From Podarcis erhardii (Eukaryota): 64,000 nucleotides of DNA. Positions 37,478 through 47,052 of the stretch are shown piece after piece. Made by a program: the position numbers and the translations under genes. The stretch is from the NCBI GenBank assembly GCA_964252035.1, contig OZ176201.1; one strand, written 5' to 3'. Numbering within the stretch: position 1 is the stretch's first letter; every line of letters begins with the position of its first letter. Under the pieces are notes generated by a model that saw nothing but the letters and a program-made list of their open reading frames with translations, was not told the origin of the DNA and did not search any database.

Positions 37478-39965
37478 ACCTTGGTATAGAATCCTGGGCT
37501 CCTTTTACTAGGTCCTAATTTGGAAATTAGTGTTGCAATCCTATACACTTACGGAGGAAGATGGGGAGCTTGCTTCTGACTTGGCACGTATAGGATGTTG
37601 CCTCAGAGAGGCACTGCTGCAAATATATATTAAGGAAGTGGGAGGGATGGCCCAGAGGAATGCAACAATGATAGAAAAAAGCCATAGGGTATGTTAACAG
37701 TGCCAACGAGGGAAGAGGACTTTGTGCCACGTTTCCTTGTTTGCTAGACAAAGCCTCTAACATGTGCAATCCTACGCATGTAAACTCAGAACACCATTGA
37801 GCAGGTATAGGATTTCACCCTAGGCAGCATACCTGTGAAGAAAGGTCACCCCACTGAGTCTCACTCTGGTCATGGACAGTGACAGATTTCACTCCTGCAA
37901 GGATGACGTTCTTGGCAATCTCCACCCCCAGGCCCTTCATTCCAGAGACCAGCACAGCTGCTCCCACCATCTTCTGCATGGCCTCATAGCCCAGAACATA
38001 GCTAGGGGAGGAAAGCACAGCTCTGTGTTTGAAATATGGTGAGTTATGAAGCCCTGGACAGTAGCATTCTCTCACCAGCTTCCCTTAAACTCCACCTCTA
38101 CTTTCTCCTTGCCAGCCACTTGTACCTGCCCCCATCTCAGCTATGGTAGTCACTAACACATTGCCCCCAAAGAGGAAATGGGTCACAAACAAGAGGACAC
38201 AGATTTGCATAAAATGTACACATGCTAATTTATATGTGCAGATTCAATTTTAGGATGGGAGTAGCAGCAGAATCTTGCTGCTCCAGCCCCAGATTCTTTA
38301 AAAGGCATCTTCCAGCTGCCCTAATCACCAATAAACAGTGGAATACTAGAAGGGGGCATGTTCTGGAAAACACTCTTAAAACTATAAACACACCTATGGT
38401 TCAGAGTCCCAGTACAGCCTTCTCATATGATTGTGGGAACATCCGAGAACTACTGGAGGCATTATGGGAGTAAGGGCACATACATGCGTATGTGATGGCA
38501 ATGTCCAACAGTGGTACATTTTTGGTCTGCAGCAATGCAAAAAATGTCAATCATTTTGAATGAGCAGGTGGATTTCTCATAGTTTGTTTGAACATGTTTG
38601 AAAATTACAATTTACACATGCATCCAAGGATCTGCTACTGTACCTGGGTATTGCAGTGCAGTTAGCCATTGTACAAAGCTGGAAGACAGTGGAGGGTTTG
38701 GACCTGGACTTATGGTATTAGAATGTATGGAATACAGCAGTGCCTGAATGACTAACACATCACCACCAGAGGGTATTAAGAAGTAAGGAAGCATACAATT
38801 ATTATTTTTTGCCATTTGACACTGCTTGATTGAATCCTTTCACAGTCTGAAACAAAGCTATCCTCCCTTAGAAATGCAAATATGTGTTTGGCTCATGGGC
38901 TGACTGTTCTTGTTAAACTATTGCTCTGGGACTTCATGCCTGGACCCAGGGTACCCTGATCTTGAAGACTGAGAATCTTCCATGTTAGTCTGGTGATGGA
39001 CTGGGATGACATTGACTGTATCCACTACTGGAAGGGATTGTTCTAACTTGCACACTTTCATGCTGATGTTTAATTGATTTTATTTCAGACTTTTGTTTGT
39101 TGTCATCTATTCTAATTAAAAAAACCTGGGGCACTGGCAGCAGAATTAGAGATAATCATTGTAATTTAGCTATAAACAAGTTAATTTAACTAGACCATGG
39201 TGACTTGTGTGCTTGCTTGGTCTGCTAGGCAGGTACTAACTGATGATAGGTAACTTCAGGTCTTTACCATTAGCCTGGACGGCTCTTCAAACAGCAACAC
39301 AATCAACCAGAGGACTCTTCTCTGCCAAGTAGGATATGTGGCCCCCATCACACATACCTTAGTTCAGCTTAGTCTGCCATTTCCCCCCAACAAAATACAT
39401 TCATATCACTGCTCACTCTGTAACATCTTGCCCCAGTCATAGCACTGTGATCATTTTCAGCCACCCAGGCCTCCTCCTGACAATCTGTTTATTGAGCATG
39501 CATCCCGATCTCCATGCACAAGGATGGCATGCAGGTTATACAATGCCTGCTCTCTGCTTATAATTAATTCTGATTTTTTTCTGGGGAGGTTATATGTGAA
39601 TGAGCATTCATCCTGATTTGGTTGTGGTGGTGACTGTGGTGTATTTTGCTCCCTCCCATCAGGCAATCATTATTCCACACTTTTTAGTGTATTTCCCCAT
39701 CACGTTCCTAACTGCAAAAAGTTTGATTGTTGTTACAGTGGATGTCTTGGGCCTGGGTGTTTTAATCCACTTTAATTGGACAAACCTAAGTTCCCAGTAT
39801 GCTGTGGAATCCCTTCTCAAAAAAACAGTAGAGGTGTGGAGGTGATCCTGGTCGATATCCCTTTTCAGCTCTGCTAGAATGCTTTTATGTAATGTGTCGC
39901 AAGACTTACAATTGGCGAGAGTACAGGTCCTCGTCGATCTCAGGAAGGCTCTTTGAGGCACTCAT
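7957..39965 (-). CDS. UBA7: Ubiquitin-like modifier-activating enzyme 7 (UBE1L, ISG15 E1); 21 coding exons mapped, canonical C-terminal UFD exons not found
   Basis: Exons (minus): 39965-39910, 38001-37833, 35430-35296, 34028-33922, 32519-32429, 31840-31696, 31326-31229, 30397-30251, 30050-29889, 24909-24799, 23785-23705, 20318-20163, 19921-19756, 17461-17265, 16063-15999, 14982-14802, 13345-13271, 12374-12185, 11794-11685, 8424-8338, 8151-7957. They join in one open frame of 2724 nt (908 aa) with E1 motifs [21 protein letters not shown], catalytic YPLCT (Cys codon 17309-17307) and IVPAIATTT. Exon sizes and phases match the human UBA7 structure as I recall it. Assignment to UBA7 rather than UBA1 rests on divergence, the ISRE promoter and 3p21-type neighbours. 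Confidence 0.92.
10682..10923 (+). mobile_element. Tc1/mariner-type MITE, copy 1 (242 bp)
   Basis: TIR CAGTGGTACCTCGGGTTA...TAACCCGAGGTACCACTG with TA duplication on both sides; UBA7 intron 19. Confidence 0.9.
12020..12130 (+). repeat. Short dispersed squamate repeat (ACTACA-CCCATCA hairpin family); other copies about 26300-26375, 52585-52700, 61085-61200
   Basis: CTCCAGATGTTG...ACTACAGTTCCCATCATCC...GATGGGAGTTGGAGTCCAACAACATCTGGA recurs four times in the window. Confidence 0.65.
13490..13541 (+). repeat. (GA)n plus (GGGA)9 purine tract
   Basis: Read directly; G-quadruplex-competent on the plus strand. Confidence 0.95.
16365..16520. mobile_element. Shorter copy of the palindromic squamate element
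   Basis: TTAAAGCACATT...CAAAGAATTCTGGG...AATGTGCTTTAAA. Confidence 0.6.
18013..18152. mobile_element. Short TIR element (hAT-like)
   Basis: CATACCCTCCAAC...TTGGAGGGTCTG termini; no convincing TSD. Confidence 0.55.
18540..18715 (+). mobile_element. Squam3-like SINE (degraded)
   Basis: GCATGCAGAAGGACCCAGGTTCAATTCC...GAAACCATGGAGAG. Confidence 0.6.
19495..19533 (+). repeat. (TTA)n microsatellite; others at about 29596-29627, 31856-31890, 62365-62403
   Basis: Read directly; several are probably LINE/SINE tails. Confidence 0.9.
20451..20692 (+). mobile_element. Tc1/mariner-type MITE, copy 2 (242 bp)
   Basis: Same TIRs and internal sequence as copy 1, TA TSD; UBA7 intron 11. Confidence 0.9.
21405..21455 (+). 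mobile_element. CR1 LINE 3' end
   Basis: GGTCCTTTCCAACTCTACAGGTCTATGATTCTATGA. Confidence 0.7.
22201..22434 (-). mobile_element. Tc1/mariner-type MITE, copy 3 (opposite orientation)
   Basis: Same TIRs and TA TSD; internal sequence is the reverse complement of copies 1, 2 and 4; UBA7 intron 11. Confidence 0.9.
22746..22801 (+). repeat. (TTTCC)n / (TTTTCC)n pyrimidine tract
   Basis: Read directly. Confidence 0.9.
25485..25610 (+). mobile_element. CR1-group LINE 3' fragment
   Basis: GTGGCCACCAGTTTAGATGACTTTAAAGGAGGATTAGATAAATTCATGGAG resembles a CR1 ORF2 end / 3' UTR. Confidence 0.6.
26850..27091 (+). mobile_element. Tc1/mariner-type MITE, copy 4 (242 bp)
   Basis: Same family; left TSD TA, right TSD mutated to CA; UBA7 intron 9. 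Confidence 0.9.
27513..27594 (+). repeat. (CA)n followed by (CAG)21 microsatellite
   Basis: 21 uninterrupted CAG units at 27532-27594. Confidence 0.97.
28507..28870 (+). mobile_element. Sauria SINE (Squam1-type), near full length
   Basis: tRNA-like head GGGACGTGG...GGTTAAACCACAGAGCC...GCTCGAATCCC, typical body and (ACCTTT)n tail; flanked by microsatellites. Confidence 0.88.
29100..29240. mobile_element. MIR/CORE-like old SINE fragment; similar pieces at about 11170-11340, 15530-15625, 18210-18330, 19385-19560, 53350-53460
   Basis: ACAACAACCCTGTGAGGTA...TTGCCTAAGGCCACC type core segments. Confidence 0.5.
30838..31018 (-). mobile_element. Squam3-like SINE
   Basis: Reverse complement of the same SINE body and tail. 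Confidence 0.65.
32130..32285 (+). mobile_element. L2/CR1-group LINE 3' tail
   Basis: GAGCCGCCCAGAGTGGCTGG...AAACCCAGCCAGATGGGTGGGGTATAAATAATAA(TTA)n. Confidence 0.65.
35075..35225. mobile_element. Shorter copy of the palindromic squamate element
   Basis: CCAAAGAATCCTGGGAACTGTG...ACTACAGTTCCCAGGAGTCTTTGG. Confidence 0.6.
36641..36832 (+). mobile_element. tRNA-derived short squamate SINE (Squam3-like)
   Basis: A-box GTAGCTCATTGGTAG, B-box GGTTCAAACCCC, then body AAACCCTG...TAAGGCAGCTTC. Confidence 0.75.
37407..37474. repeat. Compound (GT)12(AT)6(AC)16 microsatellite
   Basis: Read directly from the sequence. Confidence 0.97.
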
Positions 39966-41084
39966 TCTGCTCCTGCCCATCGGAAAGAAAAAGCTGAGTA
40001 AATTCCTTTCTGCTTCCACAGCCAGATGTATTGTGCCTCTGAATACCAGTTGTTGGGAATTGCAAGACAAGCCATTGGCCCATCTATTCCAGCATCCTGT
40101 TCTCAGACTAGCCAAACAGATTTTCGTGGGTAGCCTGCATGCAGGACCCAAACACAACAATACTCTCCCACCTGCAATTCCCAACCAATGGCACTCAGAG
40201 GCATACAGTGGAACTAAAACGTTGCCCTCATGTGTGTGAGTGGGTGTACAGTATGTGTGTGCAATGGACAGTGCAATGTTATGCATGTCTACTCAAAAGG
40301 AATAATATCAAGGTAAATGGGACTGATCTTTTATGCTGTGAACTGCCTTGACATCTTCGGATGAAGGGAGGTATACAAATTTAATAAATAAAATAAATAA
40401 ATAACCATAGCAGCCTGAACATAGCCGTAAAATTGATGTGTGAAATCCACCTTTCTGTCTGCCGCTGCGACATCTTAGCTTAGCCCAAACCTGACCAGGT
40501 AACACGAAGTTAGCCCAGAGAAACCAAACAGAGAAGGGAGGCATCCTAGTGTGTAAGTGCAGCACCAAGCAATGCAAAGCATGAGAAAGGCTGCTTTTTG
40601 TGGGTTCTTCCAGATCTGCAATCCCCCAGTGCCCACAAGAGGCACTGCAGCAGATCGCCACAGAATTCATATTTCTTTTTCATCTTAAAATAAATGCTCA
40701 TTAACTTGGTTCTTAGTAGCAGCCATGGGCATAGCCAAAATCCTGGCTACGCCCATGGTAGCCACTAGATTGTCTATAGCTCAAAAGTGGGAGCATCTTC
40801 ATGGTTTATACCTTCAACCATGATATGAAAACTTATGGAATACCGTAATCACCAAGAAGATAACTCATAAACTTTGCCTTATGAAAAGTGAAGAACCTGT
40901 GGAACATTTCTATGCTACATCATTTCTTATGTTTCAGGTAACAACCTACTCCTTTCCCATACCATGGAGAGAAATATGATCTTCCTGATTAAATACAGAA
41001 ATGCAATTATACTTACCTGCATAACATAGACATCTCAGTACTGGCTTTCCACATTGACATGTGTCATTCTTTTCCTTTCATTGA

Positions 41085-41165
41085 TTCACAGAACTGCAGA
41101 GTTGAAAGGGATCCCAAAAGTTATCTAGTCCAACCCCCCCCCCCCCGTGATGCAGGAATCTCAAC
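41085..41165 (-). mobile_element. CR1 LINE 3' end
   Basis: Reverse complement of the CR1 tail (GAGTTGAAAGGGATCCC...CTAGTCCAACCCC...TGCAGGAATCTC). Confidence 0.75.
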
Positions 41166-41286
41166 AGTTTACCTTTTATTCCACGTTGTATTATTGCTTG
41201 TAAGGATAAAATGCGATATTGTTCACTTGCAGCACCACCCCGAAAGAAAATTAATGTTCTTTTCCAAGGGGAAATCAAAGCCTCAC

Positions 41287-41390
41287 CTGAACTTGGGTCT
41301 CTAACGCAAAGACACAAGCGCCTCAAGGGTTACGACAACCCCACTGAGGATCCTCTTCAACTCATCAAAGCCTGGCTTCTCCCTCCCTAA
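41287..41390 (-). other. UBA7: Putative non-coding first exon of UBA7
   Basis: Strong donor CAG|GTGAGG (exon end 41287) just downstream of the ISRE; would join the acceptor before 39972 (GGCAG|GAGCAGAATG). The 5' end is estimated. Confidence 0.55.
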
Positions 41391-41397
41391 CCGAGAC

Positions 41398-41415
41398 AAA
41401 CGAAAGTGAAAGTGA
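41398..41415 (-). promoter_or_regulatory. ISRE / IRF-binding element of the UBA7 promoter
   Basis: AAACGAAAGTGAAAGTGA (minus strand ACTTTCACTTTCGTTT) is a near-consensus tandem GAAA IRF site just upstream of the putative UBA7 first exon. UBA7 is an established interferon-stimulated gene in mammals. Confidence 0.8.
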
Positions 41416-41870
41416 CAAACAAGGTCTTTTCCCGGCAGCCAGGGGATGGCGCAGCGGTGGCTCAGTTTCTTTGCAGCAACTCGGAGCAGGAATTGAAGGC
41501 AGACAGTACTGTATTTAGAATGGTCATTGCCCACGTTCATTATTGTTTTATTTCCTTCCTAGTCCTACTCTGAAACCGAAGCAGTATGAGTAGATTTCTA
41601 CAGCCCTTGAATCAAGGGGCTGGCGGGGAGGAAAGAGAGTCAAAACCAGACGCAGCCGATGTAGTCAGGCCGCGGGGAGGGTCTCCCGGTAGCGGCTTTG
41701 TACTTTCATTAAACTGGTTGTCCAGGTCTGCTTGATTTTCAGTTACTGGGGCGGCGGGAGGCTGACCTCCTGGTTCATGAACCGGGCGCGCTCCCACCCT
41801 ATGTAGGTCCACATAGTTCAGTGCGACTCTCTACACTGACTGGCAGCAGATCTCCAAAAACAGCGACGAA

Positions 41871-42063
41871 CATAGGAGCCAATTCCTTAGGGCCGTGGGG
41901 ACTTTGGCCCCTACAATAAAATATTTGAGGGGGCCGCGCCCCACCAAAATTGATGGGCATTCCAATTCAAATAGTGTGTGCGCGCTGCGTCATGTGATCG
42001 ATTATGCGGAGCGGGGTTTATCTTGGGCCGCCCCACAATATTTTATTCAAGTTGTCCCCCCTG
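41871..42063. mobile_element. hAT-family MITE between the UBA7 and TCTA promoters
   Basis: Imperfect TIRs CATAGGAGCCAATT / AGTTGTCCCCCCTG; 8-bp TSD GCGACGAA vs GCTACGAA (7/8 match). Confidence 0.75.
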
Positions 42064-42299
42064 GCTACGAAGAATAGCGAAGTCATTTCAGGAAAAGTTG
42101 CAAAAGGTTCTCATGGAAGGGCGGGGGCGTTGCTTCACGGTAGTGTGGTGCCTTCTTTCGAGCAGTTTCCTAAGATTATACAGCACCTGCCTTCCCTCGT
42201 CGCGGCCCCCCGCCTTCTAGCTCACGCCGGGCCTGGAAGGTGATGCCTTGCAAATGCCGCAAGCAAGCAAAAGTAAATAACAATATATCGGGAAAGTTG

Positions 42300-43150
42300 T
42301 GCAACTCAGCCCTGCGCCCATTTCACCTGCACCTCTTTGAAAGCCGGGGGGGGGGGGGGAAGGAGAAGAAACTACTCGCGGGCAAAATAGGACAGGATCG
42401 GGTTATAAGGGTGAGATCCTAACCAGACCCGCTCCAGGAAGAAAGTCTCATTGAACATAACGGGGACTTGCACCCGGGTAAACGCGCCCTGTGGAAAAAG
42501 CGGTGCAGGCGGGGTGGGAGGGAGGGAGAACTGGGGGCGGGAAGAGAGCCTCGCGGGGCGGGGCCTGGATCTTTCCCTGGGGCGCACGCGCGGCGCCGCT
42601 GACAGTTTCCCCGGGGCTTGTGGCGCAGAGCCTCTCCCGCCGCCTTTGCGAGTGGGATGGCGGCGGCCACGGCGGAGGAGGCGGTGGCGGCTGCGGCGGC
42701 TGCTGCTGCTTCTGGGCCGGCGGAGTGGGAGGTGCCGACGAAGGCGCTGCGGGCTTTCACTTGGCTTTGGCAGGAGTTCATGTCGGACTGGGAGGCCCAG
42801 GACTTGCGCGCCGCCCTCTTCCAGCTGCTCCTGCTCTGGCTGCTGGTGAGCTTGCTCGGCATCCAGGTGGCCTGGCGGGTCTACGGCAACACCGTCACGG
42901 GCCTCTACTACCGGCAAGGTAGGGCTCCCTTCCGAGGCGGGCGCTGCAGCAGCTGCCGCCGCCGCCGTCGCCGCCTTCTTTGTTTACCTCGCGTGACCCA
43001 CCCAGCGCAGCGCTTCCTCTCGCTTCGGCGTAATCCCCACCCCGGGGTAGCTGCCTCTGGGTTGCTGCTCCGCTTTCGCTTCCTACCCCGTGGCTACGCC
43101 TCGCGCTTCTTCTCCTGGCTCTCTTGGGTCCCTCGAAGCCTCGACCTTGC
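42300..43150 (+). promoter_or_regulatory. CpG island / GC-box promoter of TCTA
   Basis: CpG-dense, with several GGGCGG/GGCGGG boxes at about 42507-42565, spanning TCTA exon 1. Confidence 0.8.
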
Positions 43151-45040
43151 AGGTTGCTAAGGGTCAGTTTCCGAGTCCCCAAACCAAATGCAACCCTTAT
43201 GGACGAACAGTGGCTGCCCCGGTTGTGATGCAGGCGCATATTTGCTGAACCGTGGGAACTGGACTTGGAGGCAGACCACTTTTAAGACTAAAAAAAGAAA
43301 AAGAAAGAAAGGATGGGCTTTGGAGATGGCTGCCAAGCTCTGTTGCAACAGCCAACTATTCTACTTGGTGGAGGCTCCATCTGGATTAAGGGCCCATCCT
43401 CTCTTCGAAGTGGTCCTTTCTAAAACTAGTTGCTGGCCAATTCTGTTACCGTCCAAGTCTGTTAGATGGCCCTTTTTGTCCTGTCATGTTGGGCCACAAC
43501 AGCAGCCGTTCTGGGCACTGTTCCTAGTGCCACACTGAATACCAATTCTACCTATCCTGCTGCTGACTGACTCCAGAATTGTACAGTAATTGGATACCAT
43601 CCAGGTCCTAAACTGACCCTGGTGAGATAGTAGATAGGGAGCATGTTTTGAAAGGTACTTTGCTATGTGCATGGCACCCAGATGCAATTGTTTACCTGGG
43701 TTTCTCTCTGCTGACATCAGGGACCCCATGGGCATAGCCCGGGGGGGGGGGAGCTCCCCCCCATGCACAAAAGGAGAAGCCTGCCCCATAAAAAGCCCAA
43801 CAAGCAGATCCCCTAAATACACCTCCAGAAAGATTCTCCTTCCTTTTGTAATACATGACTGAGACTGCTGGGTGTTTGAATAATAGTATTTCTTCTGTCC
43901 TCCTCCTCAACTGCTGAGATGCATAATCACGACACAAAGAGCTGCTTAACCATTTTTCTTGCGTGAAATAATGGTGTGTGATTTGTATGCTGCTGTGATT
44001 TGTCTTTGGAACCTGCAGTATAAAGTGGCTCCCAAACAAGTAACAGTAGCTATATTGCACCCTCATTTTTTGGCATATGTCTTGAGCAAGAGGTAGAAAA
44101 CTTACTACACCATATTTGCAACGTATGTTTGCAATATTTGCAGTATGTTGCAAATATTGTGTAGTATGTTTTCCACCTCTTTCAACATCTGTTTTGCTCC
44201 TCGCACCCAAGTTAAGAGTCATGTGTCGAAGACAAATGTCACAGAAGCTTATGACTGCAATCCACTAACTGGTTTAACCAGTGCCTGGATTTAAGCCAAT
44301 TTAGTTCTACTGCCTTCAGTGGGACATTCACCTTAAATCTATTTGCTTTAATTTAATAGGGTTTGTGTGAACTGGACTAAAAAAAAATCATATTAAAAAA
44401 GACCTTTACTATCCAACCTTTCTCTTGTCAAAAACTGAGATCATGTTAATTTGGGAAGAGTTTTGGAATAACTGACTGGCATTAATTTTTATTTTCATCC
44501 ATTACATACTTTTCTTGTTAATATTTTTGGTCAAAACTTTTCAAACTAATGATCCGTTAATTGTCGGGATTAAACTATATATCCTCTCATGTGTCTAGGA
44601 ATATAGGAAGGGGTCTTAGAGCAGGCCACCCCATTGCTTCACCTGACTCAGTATTGCTTACATCAGCAGCATTTCCTTTGATTTTGAATTGTGTTTGCAA
44701 AGGAAGCGGGATTTGCAGCCGCCACTGATCATCAGCTGATCTACTTGGAGTCAAAGAACTGCCAGGTGAGAAGTCTAGCTGACTAACAATATTCTCTTCT
44801 CCTTCCCAGGTCCGGGAGGGCAGAATGGAGGGACGCCAGATGGATCCTCACACTTCTCAATGTGGTGAGTTGATTTATCCGTTGCCTTCCAGATGATGGA
44901 ATCGGTGCTCATGGGGATCTGATGTTGGAGGAATACAGGATGTGTAATCCCTGTTAATTCATCATTTAAAGTTTCGGTCTGTTTTGTTTTCATTTAGGGA
45001 GAGTTCAAGTAATGAGAGTATGAAAACGCATCGGGAGTGA
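42657..45040 (+). CDS. TCTA: T-cell leukemia translocation-altered gene protein homolog (119 aa, small membrane protein)
   Basis: Exons 42657-42918, 44810-44864, 44998-45040, all GT-AG. Protein contains [54 protein letters not shown] and KTHRE*, matching TCTA. Confidence 0.95.
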
Positions 45041-45490
45041 TGGCAGAGGTTACTAAGCCAAGCTCCTGCTGCTCTAGGAGCATAGAGGACGCTGACGCCC
45101 GCCTGCCTGCCCAGAGGCCTCGCTCTTTCAGTGCTGAGGAGACAGCAGCTATAGTCGCCCTTTCTCTCATCCTGTGGCCTGAGCTGCTGGTCAACGCTGG
45201 TGCTGTGAAAACTGTTCCTGTCCATCCATTTAACCAAGCACTGAGTCTCAGGATTGCTCTACTCAGGTTGGGAAGCTGCAGTTTCCCCTCTTCATTAAGC
45301 TGTCTGCATTTCTTCTTCTTCTTCTTCTGCCACAAGTTATTTTGCAGACTGACCTTGAGCCTGCCTCTCTTCAATGTAAATATCAAACCCATTGCTGGCC
45401 TGGAACTTGTTTCTTTCTGCAGTGGTGCTTGGATTTCCCTTGCCTTGAACTGGCCTCAACTCGTAAGAGAAGCAGATGCCAGGGCTGATG

Positions 45491-45496
45491 AATAAA
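45491..45496 (+). terminator. Candidate poly(A) signal of TCTA (AATAAA)
   Basis: First AATAAA after the TCTA stop; followed by a T-rich stretch. Confidence 0.5.
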
Positions 45497-46751
45497 TTAT
45501 TTCTCCAGCTGAGCTTAAATTGCTCTTTGCTAAGTATCCCCAATCTTGTGTTGGAAAGCTACAGAGACTTGCTTAGTCTGACAGATTCAAACCCTTGCTG
45601 GTTCCTTGCCCCTGGTCAGATTTTGCAGTCCGTGCCAATCTTAGAGCTCACTAGTTCTAAAATAGTTCTGCTCCGAAATCATACTACTTGGTGCTCAATC
45701 CCTGGAAGAGTCAGGTGATTGTGTGTGTTCTGTAGCTATGTAATGCTGGAGCTGCTGATGTGATATTGAGCATCCCTCTATTTTACCATCCACTGCCCTC
45801 TTATTCCCCGGTTGTGTGTAATGTATGGGTTTAATGTATGGGTTATAAAAGAGTGATGGAAAAATTGAATATAGTCTTGACTCTTATTGCAATAGCTATT
45901 GAGTACTTGTGTACATATGCAGAAGATTAGGGGGTTTTTTGTATTTACTTTAAACCAAAATACTTTAGAGTTCCAAAATATTAGAGTTTGCTCTGAAGTA
46001 ACTCAGAGCAAAACTGTTGAACAGCATTCCTGCTCAATTATGATAGGTGCCCGCTATCTGTACTTTCCATAAACAACTGAAGATCTTTTTGTTTTGACAT
46101 GCTTTTTCAGTTGGATGAAAATGTCTTCACTCAAGGTTTTAAAACAATGCAAAAGGAACATCCCTCCTAAGTTGTTGTTTTTTGTACTGTTTGAAAATTT
46201 CCTTGAGATGCATATAAATACATACTATTTCCCCAAAATAGCTGCTGCACAAAAAGTATTTTATCTCCATTTATATGGAGCAGTTCATAGCAGCTCTCAA
46301 TATTAGTGTCTTCAGCATCCAAAGTAAAAAATGGTTCCTTCAAATGTAGTTCTGAATCTTCTAGGCTAGATGGCAGTAAGAAAACAAAGGGGTTTGCTCA
46401 AGCTGAAACACTATTTAAATATGCCCCCTCCAGAAAAATAGTAAGAAGAGCAGGCCTTGGGCTAAGTATTAATTGGTGTAAACATTATTTGGAAGAAGAA
46501 GCCCACATCAGGGCATGATTTCTCTTTTTTGAGAAGTAGCAAGTACATCTTTCTTCCCCTACACTACAGGGAGAATATTTACCAAACTGGTAAAATGAAT
46601 GTGCTGAGCCTACGTATGGGAAATAGAAGGAAGCTTGTTCTTTACTTTTGTTGCAATATAAGGGTCTTCTTTCTGCTTCTAGCTGAGCATGCATCAGACC
46701 ATTTCAAGAAAAGGAGCAGATTGAAAAGGGCAGGAGAAAATTCATTGACTT

Positions 46752-46757
46752 TTTAAT
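46752..46757 (-). terminator. Candidate poly(A) signal of AMT (ATTAAA)
   Basis: First ATTAAA/AATAAA I found on the minus strand after the AMT stop, about 300 nt downstream. Confidence 0.35.
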
Positions 46758-47052
46758 ATTTGGGGATAAATGCAAAAGAGGGGTGGGTGGAGTTCTGGAG
46801 ATCAAGTCATTGGGATCTTTCTGCTTTTAGCAATAGGCCAGGAGGCAGATGAAACTGGAGCATGTCGTCAAGTCTTGCTCATTTGCCTGCCTCTTCAGTT
46901 GTTAACGTCCCCAACATCCCCTGAAATAGTTTATCTCTTTTTAGGGCTGTTTTCTTTTCAGTAACCACCTTTGTGGCAGAGCCCTAATGGAATTGAGGGG
47001 CCCTTTATAGGCAGGCCAGAATACAAAACTGAAAGCCAGTGCCAGCAGCAGC

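Noticed and set aside
42372-42922. Several 130-180 aa ORFs on both strands over TCTA exon 1
   Set aside because: Shadow ORFs of a GC-rich CpG island; low-complexity Arg/Gly/Ala/Pro content and no recognisable domain.
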